Shown here: positions 8,490 through 17,690 of the stretch, one piece after another | How positions within the stretch are numbered: position 1 is the first letter of the stretch | How the letters are laid out: every line of letters starts with the position of its first letter | NCBI GenBank assembly: GCA_963778655.1 | Contig: CAVZVA010000003.1 | Location: forward strand, 352,001 to 416,000 | Direction of reading: 5' to 3' | Length of the DNA stretch: 64,000 nt | From: an uncultured delta proteobacterium | GTDB lineage: Bacteria; Myxococcota_A; Polyangia; Polyangiales; JAFGIB01 | Program-made: the position numbers and the translations under genes | Notes under the pieces: generated by a model | What the model was told of the DNA's origin: nothing | Database searches by the model: none | What the model saw: only the letters and a program-made list of their open reading frames with translations

Positions 8490-10236
8490 GAAGGTCGTGA
8501 ACGCCAAGGGCGGACGTTCGAAGGCCGCGCGCATCGGCAGCTTGCTCGACTACATCCGATCGCCCGAGCGCCGGCTGTCCGAGGAGAAGTGCACCTACTA
8601 CGGCGCCCGCGGGTTTGTGACCGACAGCCCAGGCGGCCACAGGGCCGAGATGATCGCCCTGGCCGAAGACGCCGTCCGAAGCGCCGACCCCGTCAACCAC
8701 TACATCCTGAGCTGGCGCGAAGGCGAGCTGCCGCTGCCCCACCAGATCGAGCAGGCGGTGAGCTTGTTCGTCGACGAGCTCGGGCTGCAGGACCACCAGA
8801 TCGTCTACGGCCTGCACACCGACACCGACAACCTCCACCTGCACCTCGCCGTCAACCGCGTCCACCCGCAGACGGCGAGAGCCGTCAAGATCAACCAGGG
8901 TTTCGACGTCGAGGCGCTCCACCGCGCCGTGGCCCGCATCGAGCACGCCCAGGGGTGGCTGCCCGAACGCCGGGCGCGCTACCAGGTGAACATGGCCGGT
9001 CGGGTGGTGAGGCGTCCGCAGGACGAGATCGAAACCCGGCAGCCCGCGCCGCCGAAGTGCGACCGGGAAACGCACACTGGAGAGCATTCCGCCGAGCGCA
9101 GCGCGATCGAACACGCTGCGCCAAGCATCGCGGGCGCTACGAGCTGGCAAGCGCTGCACCGGGCCCTCGCCGACAAGGGCATGCGGTACGAGCGCGCTGG
9201 CAGCGGCGCCAAGGTGTTCGTCGGCGGGATCGCGGTCAAAGCGTCGAGGGTTGCGCGGCAAGCGAGTCTTCGTAGGCTCGAACAGCGACTCGGGGCTTAC
9301 GAGCCCGCCCCTCCGGGGCTGCAGGTCCGCGCTTCGGCGCTTCCAACCCCGGGGCCCGCCTTGCCGAACTGGCAGCAGTACCGGGCCGAGCGAGAACGGC
9401 ACTATGTGGCCAAACGGGCCGAGTGGGTGGAGCTGCGCGCCACGCAGGATGCCCACTGGCAAGCGCTACGCGATCGCCAACGCGAGCGCCGGCAACGCGT
9501 GCTCTCCGGCAACTTCCGAGGCCGGGGCGAGCTACTCAACGGCCTGCGAGCCGCGCTCGCCGAGGAGCAGCACACGGAAACCCGCGCGCAACGGCAGGCC
9601 CACGCGCTCGCGCGCCAGCACTTGCGCGAGCGCCACGGCCGCTTCCCGCGCTTCGAGCCGTGGCTACGTCGCCAGGGCGACGAGGCACTTGCGGAGCAGT
9701 GGCGCTACCGCGACAGGGCCGCCCGGCCGTCCGCTCAGCCCGACCCCGCACCCGACAGGACCGACGCCTCGATCTGCGCCCGGTACACCGCCGCCTGGGA
9801 AGCGCGCGAGGAAGCCCGCCAGCAAGCCCTGAGCCGTGTCTGGACGCAGCACGGCCGAAACGTCGCGCGGCTCAAGGCCGCCTCGAAACGACGGTGGGCA
9901 GCCGTCCGCGTCATCGCAAAGGGCCAGGTCGCGGCCAAGCTTTGGGCGCTCGACGCCCGGTTGGCCGACCAGCGCGCATGGCGGCGCCTCCACGAGCAGC
10001 ATCGCGAAGCTGTGCGAGCCGTTCACCAGCGGCACCCACCTCTGCGGTGGACCGATTGGGTCGAGACGATCGAGCGCGGTCGGGAGCAAGGAGTAGCCGG
10101 TCCACGTGGCTCCGGAATGACGACCTCTGCCAGTGCGCCGCCAGAACACCAGCGCCAACAGCCCGGACGGGCGAGCGTGGCTGGCGCAGCCCCCCAAAAC
10201 CAACTCCCCGCACCCAGGCGCGGACGTTCTCGATGA
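8479..10236 (+). CDS. mobA: MOB_P relaxase (TraI/MobA-type), no primase fusion
   Basis: Motif I LLDYI, motif II VNHYILSW, motif III HTDTDNLHLHLAVNRVHP; GTG start 8479. Confidence 0.93.
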   Translation: MIGKKVVNAKGGRSKAARIGSLLDYIRSPERRLSEEKCTYYGARGFVTDSPGGHRAEMIALAEDAVRSADPVNHYILSWREGELPLPHQIEQAVSLFVDELGLQDHQIVYGLHTDTDNLHLHLAVNRVHPQTARAVKINQGFDVEALHRAVARIEHAQGWLPERRARYQVNMAGRVVRRPQDEIETRQPAPPKCDRETHTGEHSAERSAIEHAAPSIAGATSWQALHRALADKGMRYERAGSGAKVFVGGIAVKASRVARQASLRRLEQRLGAYEPAPPGLQVRASALPTPGPALPNWQQYRAERERHYVAKRAEWVELRATQDAHWQALRDRQRERRQRVLSGNFRGRGELLNGLRAALAEEQHTETRAQRQAHALARQHLRERHGRFPRFEPWLRRQGDEALAEQWRYRDRAARPSAQPDPAPDRTDASICARYTAAWEAREEARQQALSRVWTQHGRNVARLKAASKRRWAAVRVIAKGQVAAKLWALDARLADQRAWRRLHEQHREAVRAVHQRHPPLRWTDWVETIERGREQGVAGPRGSGMTTSASAPPEHQRQQPGRASVAGAAPQNQLPAPRRGRSR

Positions 10237-10253
10237 GCACGGTTTGCAGGTCC

Positions 10254-10586
10254 TCAGCCCCCAAGCTTGTCAATCCGCTCGGCCCAGTAGCCGGGCTCTT
10301 GGTGCTGATGGGCCACGGCGAGGACCACGATGTCGTCCTTGAGCACTGCAACAAACACGGTGTACGGGAACACCGGGTCGACGGGGAACGAGCGGACCTC
10401 AAGGCCCGACTCTTCGTACTCGGGCAGCCGCGTGCCCGTCCTTGGGAACTGCTGGACGTGCGCGATCAGCTCGAAGTAGGCGTGCAGGAATCGGCGGCCG
10501 GTTCCCGGCATTTCCAGCTCGTAGTGACCAATCGCATGATCGATCTCCTGGTCAGCCTCAGCGAGGACGCGGAAGCGGAGCCCCAT
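10254..10586 (-). CDS. RelE/ParE family toxin
   Basis: AEADQEIDHAIGHYE..FPRTG..FPYTV..VLAVAHQHQEPGYW; TGATG-coupled to antitoxin. Confidence 0.88.
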   Translation of the reverse strand: MGLRFRVLAEADQEIDHAIGHYELEMPGTGRRFLHAYFELIAHVQQFPRTGTRLPEYEESGLEVRSFPVDPVFPYTVFVAVLKDDIVVLAVAHQHQEPGYWAERIDKLGG

Positions 10587-10840
10587 CAGGCGCCGTACTT
10601 ATCACGCAGCCTTCGCAAGTGCTCTTCGCCGTCGATGAGCACGGCGGTCCCGGCCTTGATGCGCTCGAGCCGGCGGGCGATCTCGGCCTGCCACGCCGGA
10701 TGCACCTCGGCGGGCCAACCCTCGTCCTGGATGCTCTTCCAGATCCGATCGGCCAGGCGCAAGCGCTGCTCTTTGGGCAATCGCAGGACCTGCTCAAGAA
10801 GCTCTTCGGACGTCGGCGATTTGGGCGCTGCAGATGACAT
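10586..10840 (-). CDS. Addiction-module antitoxin (TIGR02574-like)
   Basis: LRLPKEQRLRLADRIWKSI..AWQAEIARRLERIKAG; upstream of the ParE-type toxin. Confidence 0.88.
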   Translation of the reverse strand: MSSAAPKSPTSEELLEQVLRLPKEQRLRLADRIWKSIQDEGWPAEVHPAWQAEIARRLERIKAGTAVLIDGEEHLRRLRDKYGA

Positions 10841-10989
10841 TCTTGGACAGTCTACGCCGAGCCCTCGCAAGCCGCCACGGGTCCGCAGCGGACGCGATCG
10901 CCACCGTGAAACCCGAGCGTGCCGCCCGCGGCAGGCCCCGAGGTCGGGTTGAAATGCCCTCTCCGCGCCCGCGGCCCGCAAGCACGTGC

Positions 10990-11160
10990 TGCACCATCTC
11001 CGCCCCCCCTCGCGACCAGCTCCTCGTTCACGTACGTCCCGTCCGCAAAGCACACGTCGGACGTAACGCCCGTGGAGGTCGATCTTCCGGGTCTGCACGA
11101 CGACGGTCTGCGCGGGCATGAGACGGGAGGCGACGAAGTCGCGGGCGGCGCGGAGCGGCA
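10990..11160 (-). pseudogene. Thermonuclease (SNase-like) fragment, frameshifted and 5'-truncated
   Basis: ARDFVASRL..VVVQTRKIDLHGRYV in one frame, then DVCFADGTYVNEELVARG in another. Confidence 0.65.
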
Positions 11161-11352
11161 AGGCGGCATTAACGTGCCCCCCCGGCGGGGGAGAACGGGG
11201 CCGACTTGGGCCGCTGGCAGCTTAGCTTAGGCCGGCGGCTTAGACCGGTGGCAACTTGAGAATTTCTGCTGAGGCTTGAGGGATTTTGGATCCGCCGTGA
11301 CTTATGACGGAAATGTCGACTGCTCTCGACACTTCCGGCACTCGGAATCGTT

Positions 11353-12102
11353 ATGGATCAGGGGTCACGGACCGGACTCGGCGATACTCATCAAGCGCAG
11401 TCCGCATCCGTCGTACAATCTGATCTCGGCGATGAGGCCGTGCTCGACCGGCTCGCGGGACGCCGCGAGGCCGAAAACATGGCCCGCCTCCAGGGCGACC
11501 GCGACCTTGTCGACCGACTGATGTGGCGCGGCTATGCCGGCCGGGATTGGGACTTGTTCGCTCGCACTCTGGCCGAGTACGGGTTTCCTGTGACGCGCTC
11601 GTGGCTCCGCAGCGCCAAGATCTTTGCCAAGTGCGCCGACGTCCGGCTGGGAGGCTTGATGCGACGGCCCATGAGCGACGACGACGTCGCGGAGGTGTCC
11701 ATGGAGACCGTAGCTGTGGCGATCCGCGGGTTCCGGGACACTGTCCTCATCCCGGGACGCTGGGACCCAAGCCGCGGCGCAAGTCTCAAGACGTTCTTCA
11801 TCGGGCAGTGCGTTCTGCGCTTCCCGAACGTCTATCGTCGCTGGGTTAGCGAGCAGTCGTGGTTCAAGGGACAGAGCGCTGTCGGCGTGGTTCGTACGGA
11901 GCTCGACGAGGTTCGCGCCGCGCAGGACCCAGTCGTCGATTTGCAGGTCAAGCGTGCCGTGAAGCTGGCTCGAGCCAATCCGGATCTCGCAATCCGCGCC
12001 CTCGCCGGCCTGGGTGAGACGCACAAGGAAATCGCAGCGCAGCTCGGCATGACAGCCAAGGCTGTCGAGATGCGACTATACCGCCAGCGTGGGAGGAACT
12101 GA
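11353..12102 (+). CDS. Atypical sigma-70/ECF-like DNA-binding protein
   Basis: WDPSRGASLKTF region-2-like motif; HKEIAAQLGMTAKAVEMRLYR region-4 HTH; start uncertain (may be 11479). Confidence 0.7.
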   Translation: MDQGSRTGLGDTHQAQSASVVQSDLGDEAVLDRLAGRREAENMARLQGDRDLVDRLMWRGYAGRDWDLFARTLAEYGFPVTRSWLRSAKIFAKCADVRLGGLMRRPMSDDDVAEVSMETVAVAIRGFRDTVLIPGRWDPSRGASLKTFFIGQCVLRFPNVYRRWVSEQSWFKGQSAVGVVRTELDEVRAAQDPVVDLQVKRAVKLARANPDLAIRALAGLGETHKEIAAQLGMTAKAVEMRLYRQRGRN

Positions 12103-12376
12103 CATGCGAAGGTGGATGGTCCCCATCCAGTCCCTGATTGCGCGGTCGTCGCTCGGAAGCTCCGGGGCGCACCGTGTCCGCGCGAAGACGCCGACGCCAG
12201 CGGCAGACTTCATCATGACGCTGGCGAAGGAGAAAGAACCGCGAGCGCGAGGGCAGGGAGCGCTCGCGGCACTTAGAATCTTGGCAACAACCCAGGAAGC
12301 TCGAGGTACGTCGAACCGTCCTCCTCGAGGACGCGGCGTTGTCGGTTCGGGTTTCGACTCCGCGGAGGCGACCAAG

Positions 12377-12709
12377 ATGAGCAAGATCGCAGATGCAACG
12401 TTCGTGGGCGAGTCCGGCGCCAAGTACTCTTTTGTCGTCTACTCGGTTGACGCGGCGTTCAACGATATCGGCGCAGTGTATATCTTCTCGAAGCGCACGG
12501 TGTCGAACGGCAAGAGAACGCACAGGTTGTTGTATATCGGACAGACCGAGGAGCTCGGTGGCAGAATCTCCAGCCACGAGAAGTGGGGTTGCGCAGAACG
12601 CAATGGTGCCAACGCCATCTGTGTCCACGTGCAGAGCGACCGCGGTACCAGGTTGAACATCGAGACCGACCTGCGCAACGCGAACGACACCCCGTGCAAT
12701 GACCAGTGA
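12377..12709 (+). CDS. Standalone GIY-YIG superfamily nuclease (110 aa)
   Basis: GAVYIF...LLYIGQT..L..RI..H, later IE and PCN; GGAGG RBS. Confidence 0.8.
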   Translation: MSKIADATFVGESGAKYSFVVYSVDAAFNDIGAVYIFSKRTVSNGKRTHRLLYIGQTEELGGRISSHEKWGCAERNGANAICVHVQSDRGTRLNIETDLRNANDTPCNDQ

Positions 12710-12933
12710 TCCGACTGCCACAAGGTGACTGGTGAGAAGGCGTTCTTCGGGCGGGAAGGAGGCATTGAAGGAGGCATTAGCGTGCCCCCCCGGCGGCGGG
12801 ACGTGTTCGGGGGCCCCCGCCCGTCGTCCATGCAGCGCTGGCGGCGGGGCGCATTGCGCTGTCCCGGCGACGGGCGGCGGTACCGGCGCGCCCACGCCGG
12901 GCGGCACCGGCGTGCTATTCTAGCGCGCTGACG

Positions 12934-15888
12934 ATGGCCGAAACGGAGTCGGCAAAGACGTGGCTTCGCGCCCACGGATTCAGCGCGATCGCGGACACGA
13001 TCGACGAGATCGAAAGCGAATGGGCCGCGCGAGGTCGGAAGACGCGACGCAATTGGTGGGACGTGCTCGCCGGGACTCGCTCCGGGGCGCCGCGCGTCAT
13101 CGAGGGGCGCCGATTCCCGGTCCTTCCGGAGGCCCGGCTCCGCCAGGGCCTGCCGCTCCCCGCTACGGCGCCCACCGAGCCCGACGTCGCGATCGATGAC
13201 GAGGCCGTCCCGGAGGGGCCGCCGGCACCGGCACTCCCCCAGAAGCCAGCGGCGCCTGCACTTCCCGACGCGCTGCCGGCAACAGCGTTTCTCCCAGCCA
13301 CCGCCGCAAGGACACGTTCGTCCGAGACGTCGAAGCCATCGAGGCCGTCTGCGGCGTCGATCGGCGGCACCGCCCCTGTGGCGCGCTCGCTGCTCGACGG
13401 CAACGCGATCGCCTTTCTCGAGCGGCAGATCTCGCAGGGCCGCGTCGTGCTGCTGACGGGCGCCGGCTTCTCGCTGGACGCGAAGGACCAAAGAGGTCGC
13501 CCCCTGCCGCTGACTACCCAGCTAACGCAGGAGATCGCGCAGGTCTGCTTCCCGGGGGAGCCTGTCGAGGACTCGTTCGGCGACCTGTTCGCGTACGGCC
13601 AGCGGTACCGCCCGCACGAGCTACGCGGGCTACTCATGAGCCGCCTCCAGGTCGACCCGAAGTCTCTCGACGCCCACTACCGCATCTGGCTCAGCCAGCC
13701 CTGGCGGCGCGTATACTCGCTCAACTACGACGATGTCGAGGTCGCGGCGGCGCGCCAGTTCGACCTGCCTCGCGAGCCACAGACGCTGACCGGAACGACG
13801 GACTCGCTCGCCGCGCACATGGAGGGCGTCTCTGGTCGACGGCTCCCCGTCATCCACCTCAACGGCTTCCTTGCGGACAAGCTGCGCGACATGACAGCCT
13901 CCCCGAAGGACTACGGCGTCCGGCTCGGACGCTCGGAGCCGTGGTACGAGCTCTTCGTCGCCGAGTTGATCTCGAGCTGCTGCATCTTCGTCGGCACGGA
14001 GCTGGATGAGCCCATACTCTGGAAGTACATCGAGCTGCGCGAAGCCCGCACGGAGCAAACTGCCGAGCGTCGCCCGCGCTCGTTTCTTGTGATCCCACGC
14101 GTCGGCCGTGCAAAGCGCGCCCGGCTAGCGGAGTACGGCGTGCAGCACGTTCCCTGTACAGCCAAGGAGTTCGCCGAGCTGATCTTGGCGCCCCTTGCGT
14201 CGGCGACGCGACAAGGACTCAAGCGGCTTTCGGCGACTGATCCGAGTCAGCGCGTCGGCATCAGGGTGCCGGACGTCGCCGGCTTGATTGCGGGCGCGCC
14301 GCGCACGCGGACTGACTTTCTGATTGGGGAGCAGCCGACTTGGGGCGACATCACCGCGAATCGAGCCGCCGCTCGGCGCTGCAACACGGAGATCGCCGAT
14401 CGCGTGCTGGCAGAGCGCACCGCGGTGGGGACCGCGCCCGCGGCGCGGGGTCGTCCGCGCCGCCGCGCCGCGGTGATCGTCGTTACCGGGACGGCCGGCA
14501 GCGGCAAGAGCAGCGCACTGATGCAGGCGATGGCGGTCGTCAGCGCGAAGGGGCTCTCTGTAGCCTGGATAGACACCTCCTTCGACCGTCCGCTCGCCGA
14601 TCTGCGCGCCGCCGTCGCCGCGGATCGTTTTGACGTCGTGGCCATCGATGACATCGATCGGTACGGCAGGAGAGCCCCCTCGGTGGTCCGAGACATGCTG
14701 GCATCGGAAGCGGTGCAGGTCGTGGTCCTTACCGTGCGATCGAGCCGGGCTGACGCGGTGGCGTCATTGAAGGAGGACGCGAACATCGCACTGGTCGAGT
14801 ATGCGATGCCGCCGCTCGACGACGCGGACATCGACGCGATCCTCGACGTGCTCACCGCGAACCACCACCTAGGTGTGCTCACTGGCAAGTCAAGGAAGGT
14901 CCAACGACAAGCGTTCCGCGATAGCGCCGAGCGCCAGCTCCTCGTCGCGATGATCGAGGCGACCTCGGGCAAGAGGTTCGGGCAGAAGGTAATCGACGAG
15001 TGGCAGGAACTTCCCGATGCACAGCGCGAGGCATATCTCGTGGTGTCGCTCGCGAGCGCGCTGCGCGAGCCGCTCACGCAGGAGGACGTCCTCCTCTGCT
15101 TGTCGAGCCGTCCGGCGCCTGAGGCGTTCGCAGCGTTGCAGACGCTCATCGATCGACGGATTCTCGTGCGCGGCGTCGGCGGAGCCGAGTCAATCCGTGC
15201 TCGGCACCGGGTCATCGCCGAGAAGCTGCTGGACGAGTTGGACGCGCAGAAGCACGTCCTCGCGTTGGCGTGCGAGCAGCTCGCCTACGCAGTCGCGACG
15301 AGAATCACAGCGGGGACGCGGCGCGACTCTCGCCTGTGGCGGCTTATCACGCGCTTGATTAGCAATCAGTTCCTCATGCGCCGGATCGGCGTTGACGCAG
15401 CCCGCGCTGTGTACGCGGCGCTTGAGGATCTTCTCGCGTGGGACTATCACTTTTGGCTCCAGCGGGGGAGCTTGGAGGTCAAGCACGGCTCCGTGCACTA
15501 TGCGGAGCGGTATCTCAATACCGCGTATGGCCTTAAGAGCGGCGACCGCTTGGTCGTCACGGAGTACGCATACATGCTCATGAAGAAGGCCTCTGCCTCC
15601 TCGCACTTAGACGACGCCGAGAAATGGGTGGAGGAGGGACGCAAACTACTGCTCGAGCAGATCCAGTTCAACAAGACCGATGACTACCCGTACCATGTGC
15701 TCGGCTCGCAGTCGGTCGCATGGGTGATGAAATGCTCATGGCCGAAGGAGAAACGAGTTCGCTTCCTCCGTGACGCGAAACGCACCGTCGACGCGGGGAT
15801 CAAGTTGCTCCCCGCGGCCCGCGATCTGCGGCAACTCGCGGGCGACATCGAGACGAAGATTCATGCGATACGACTCGGGCTCTCATGA
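12934..15888 (+). CDS. SIR2-like domain + STAND-type P-loop NTPase + TPR-like C-terminus (Avs/AVAST-like defence protein) with extra N-terminal domain
   Basis: LLTGAGFS, SLNYD, IHLNG and FVGTELDEP (SIR2_2-like); GTAGSGKS Walker A; VVAIDDID Walker B; helical repeats at C-terminus. Confidence 0.85.
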   Translation: MAETESAKTWLRAHGFSAIADTIDEIESEWAARGRKTRRNWWDVLAGTRSGAPRVIEGRRFPVLPEARLRQGLPLPATAPTEPDVAIDDEAVPEGPPAPALPQKPAAPALPDALPATAFLPATAARTRSSETSKPSRPSAASIGGTAPVARSLLDGNAIAFLERQISQGRVVLLTGAGFSLDAKDQRGRPLPLTTQLTQEIAQVCFPGEPVEDSFGDLFAYGQRYRPHELRGLLMSRLQVDPKSLDAHYRIWLSQPWRRVYSLNYDDVEVAAARQFDLPREPQTLTGTTDSLAAHMEGVSGRRLPVIHLNGFLADKLRDMTASPKDYGVRLGRSEPWYELFVAELISSCCIFVGTELDEPILWKYIELREARTEQTAERRPRSFLVIPRVGRAKRARLAEYGVQHVPCTAKEFAELILAPLASATRQGLKRLSATDPSQRVGIRVPDVAGLIAGAPRTRTDFLIGEQPTWGDITANRAAARRCNTEIADRVLAERTAVGTAPAARGRPRRRAAVIVVTGTAGSGKSSALMQAMAVVSAKGLSVAWIDTSFDRPLADLRAAVAADRFDVVAIDDIDRYGRRAPSVVRDMLASEAVQVVVLTVRSSRADAVASLKEDANIALVEYAMPPLDDADIDAILDVLTANHHLGVLTGKSRKVQRQAFRDSAERQLLVAMIEATSGKRFGQKVIDEWQELPDAQREAYLVVSLASALREPLTQEDVLLCLSSRPAPEAFAALQTLIDRRILVRGVGGAESIRARHRVIAEKLLDELDAQKHVLALACEQLAYAVATRITAGTRRDSRLWRLITRLISNQFLMRRIGVDAARAVYAALEDLLAWDYHFWLQRGSLEVKHGSVHYAERYLNTAYGLKSGDRLVVTEYAYMLMKKASASSHLDDAEKWVEEGRKLLLEQIQFNKTDDYPYHVLGSQSVAWVMKCSWPKEKRVRFLRDAKRTVDAGIKLLPAARDLRQLAGDIETKIHAIRLGLS

Positions 15889-15899
15889 GAGAGGAACGG

Positions 15900-17005
15900 A
15901 GCACCGCCCGTCGCCGCGCCCAGCACCTGGTAAAGTGAACGTAGGCGCGCCGTAGTCGGCAATGAGACGCGCGCTCCTCTGTCGAATCTGCGGTGAGCCC
16001 GTCCGGACCACCGAACACGAAGATGGCACCACGCCCAGCGCGTAGCCGCATCACGACGCGAAGCTTCCCGAGCAGAGGCGAGACCTCGAGCCCGATCGCG
16101 CGCGCATCCTTGGTCTTGGTGTTCGCGGCGCAGCCGAATCTATCCGACCCTGCGGCCCTCGTGGTCCGTTGCGTCCAGATCGACGTCCGACCACTTCAGC
16201 CCAAGCGCCTCGTCCCTGCGGCAGCCCGTCAGCGCGATGAACACTGTTAACGGCGCAATCGCGACGTAGTGTTGCGCGCTGCCAACTGGCCGGAGCCCGG
16301 CATGCTCCAGCCGGGTCTCGGCGAGGGTCTGAGCATCGTGATCAGCAGCCGCCTTGAGCCGCCCCGCGAGCTGCGCCGGTGTCAGGAAGTCGGCCTGCTC
16401 GCGCGGAACCGGAAGAGCCTTGAGCGTGTCGCCAATCGCATCTCGGCATCTCGCGTGAGCTTCAGTTTCATGCCCGAGCGCGCGCCAGCGGTTGAGCAGG
16501 GTCTTCACGCGCGCAGGTACGTCTTGACGGTGTTCGGGGAATGGCGCTCGGTCGACCGAACAGGCCCGCCGCGACGGAGGCCCTTCATCGGGCGTCGGCG
16601 GCCGTCGGCGATCACAGCCTCGCGATAGGCAGCCAGAAGCGCCGGCGTGATTTCCTCGGTCCGCTTGATGCCGCTGCGGGCCGTCCAGAACCTGAATGGC
16701 TCGAGGCTCTGGCGGTAGCCGGCGATGGTCTTCTCGCGAAGACGGTGACGGCACGACTCGAAGAAGGCCGCGAACGCGTCATCGATCGGCGTGGTTGTCT
16801 GACGCAGAGCGCCCGTCGCGAGCTCGGCCCTGCGGTGTGCGAGCGCTTGCGCTCTGCGGATCGCCCACGCGCGGCGTGCCTCGTGCGAGCCGAGCTGAGG
16901 CTCGAGCGTCTCCCAGTTCGCCAAGCCCGTGTCGGGATCGCGTAGCGGAGGCGCCAGACCGTTCGACCGGGTACGCGCGCTTGAACAGCACCACTCCTGG
17001 GCGCG
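15900..17005 (-). pseudogene. Second, decayed tyrosine integrase
   Basis: VWRLRY/RDPDTG N-terminus, SPNTVKTYLR, ALTGCRRDEALGLKWSDVDL and TKTKDAR spread over several frames; in-frame TAG at 16140; no HxxR/Tyr part found. Confidence 0.8.
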
Positions 17006-17009
17006 GTGA

Positions 17010-17094
17010 GCGCACGCTGGCAGACCTGAAGTACGAACCATCCCCCGACCTTTCCAAGGCAATCCTGGCGCTCTCGAATGACGCGTCGAACGTG
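17010..17094 (+). repeat. Inverted copy of the int 3' end (3753-3837)
   Basis: 72/85 nt identical by manual alignment, first 30 nt perfect; encodes RTLADLKYEPSPDLSKAILALSNDASNV. Confidence 0.92.
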
Positions 17095-17391
17095 TTCATG
17101 ACCTCGGCCTGGTACGGCCACCTGCGTTTTCGCGACGCCCCGCTGTGGCAGGTGGTGTTGGCGAGCTGGGGGCTGGCGCTCTTCGAATACTGCCTGCAGG
17201 TGCCGGCCAATCGCATCGGCTACGGCCAGGGCTTTTCAGGAGCGCAGCTCAAGACGATCCAGGAACTCATTACGCGCTGCGTGTTTGTGGTCTTCGCATG
17301 GCTCTACCTCGGCGAGACTCCGCGCTGGAACGTAGCAGTCGGCTTCGCGCTGATCGCCTGCGGCGCGCTGTTCGTGTTCAAGCCATGGTGA
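17086..17391 (+). pseudogene. 5'-truncated DMT family (DUF486/DMT_6-like) membrane protein
   Basis: SNVFMTSAWYGHL..SWGLALFEYCLQVPANRIGY..QLKTIQE; native N-terminus replaced by the integrase tail. Confidence 0.78.
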
Positions 17392-17595
17392 GCGCCCCCT
17401 GCCCGCTCACCGGCGACCAATGCTGCGCCCGCGATGCTGCCGACGATCTCCAAGTGCTCGGCAGCCGCCCGCTGCTCCGGTCATATCGACGTATAGCGGC
17501 TCCCAAGGTCGGTGCGATCCTGGGGCACGTCGAGCGCATGCACGAGCGCGTCGGGCGGCCCACCGAGGCCGTCATCCGGGCGCGCGCGGACCGAG

Positions 17596-17628
17596 ATTGT
17601 CCAACAAACGCGAAAAAATTGTCCAACA
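17596..17628 (-). promoter_or_regulatory. Putative integrase arm-type sites (right pair)
   Basis: ATTGTCCAACA at 17596-17606 and 17618-17628, inverted relative to 392-414. Confidence 0.75.
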
Positions 17629-17690
17629 CGCGTAACGGAGCCGTTTTCGCGCGGCCGCGCTAACTTGCGGCCCCGACTGCGAAAAGCCGC

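Larger units (their letters stand above)
11160..12796 (+). repeat. 29-bp direct repeats (11160-11188 and 12768-12796) flanking a two-gene module
   Basis: AAGGCGGCATTAACGTGCCCCCCCGGCGG vs AAGGAGGCATTAGCGTGCCCCCCCGGCGG, 27/29 identical. Confidence 0.85.

Noticed and set aside
12089..12376. N-terminal extension of the GIY-YIG ORF
   Set aside because: No domain-like content; strong GGAGG RBS supports ATG 12377
16696..17391. Genuine 231-aa integrase-DMT fusion gene
   Set aside because: Its 5' part is antisense to the pseudo-integrase; better explained as a junction scar
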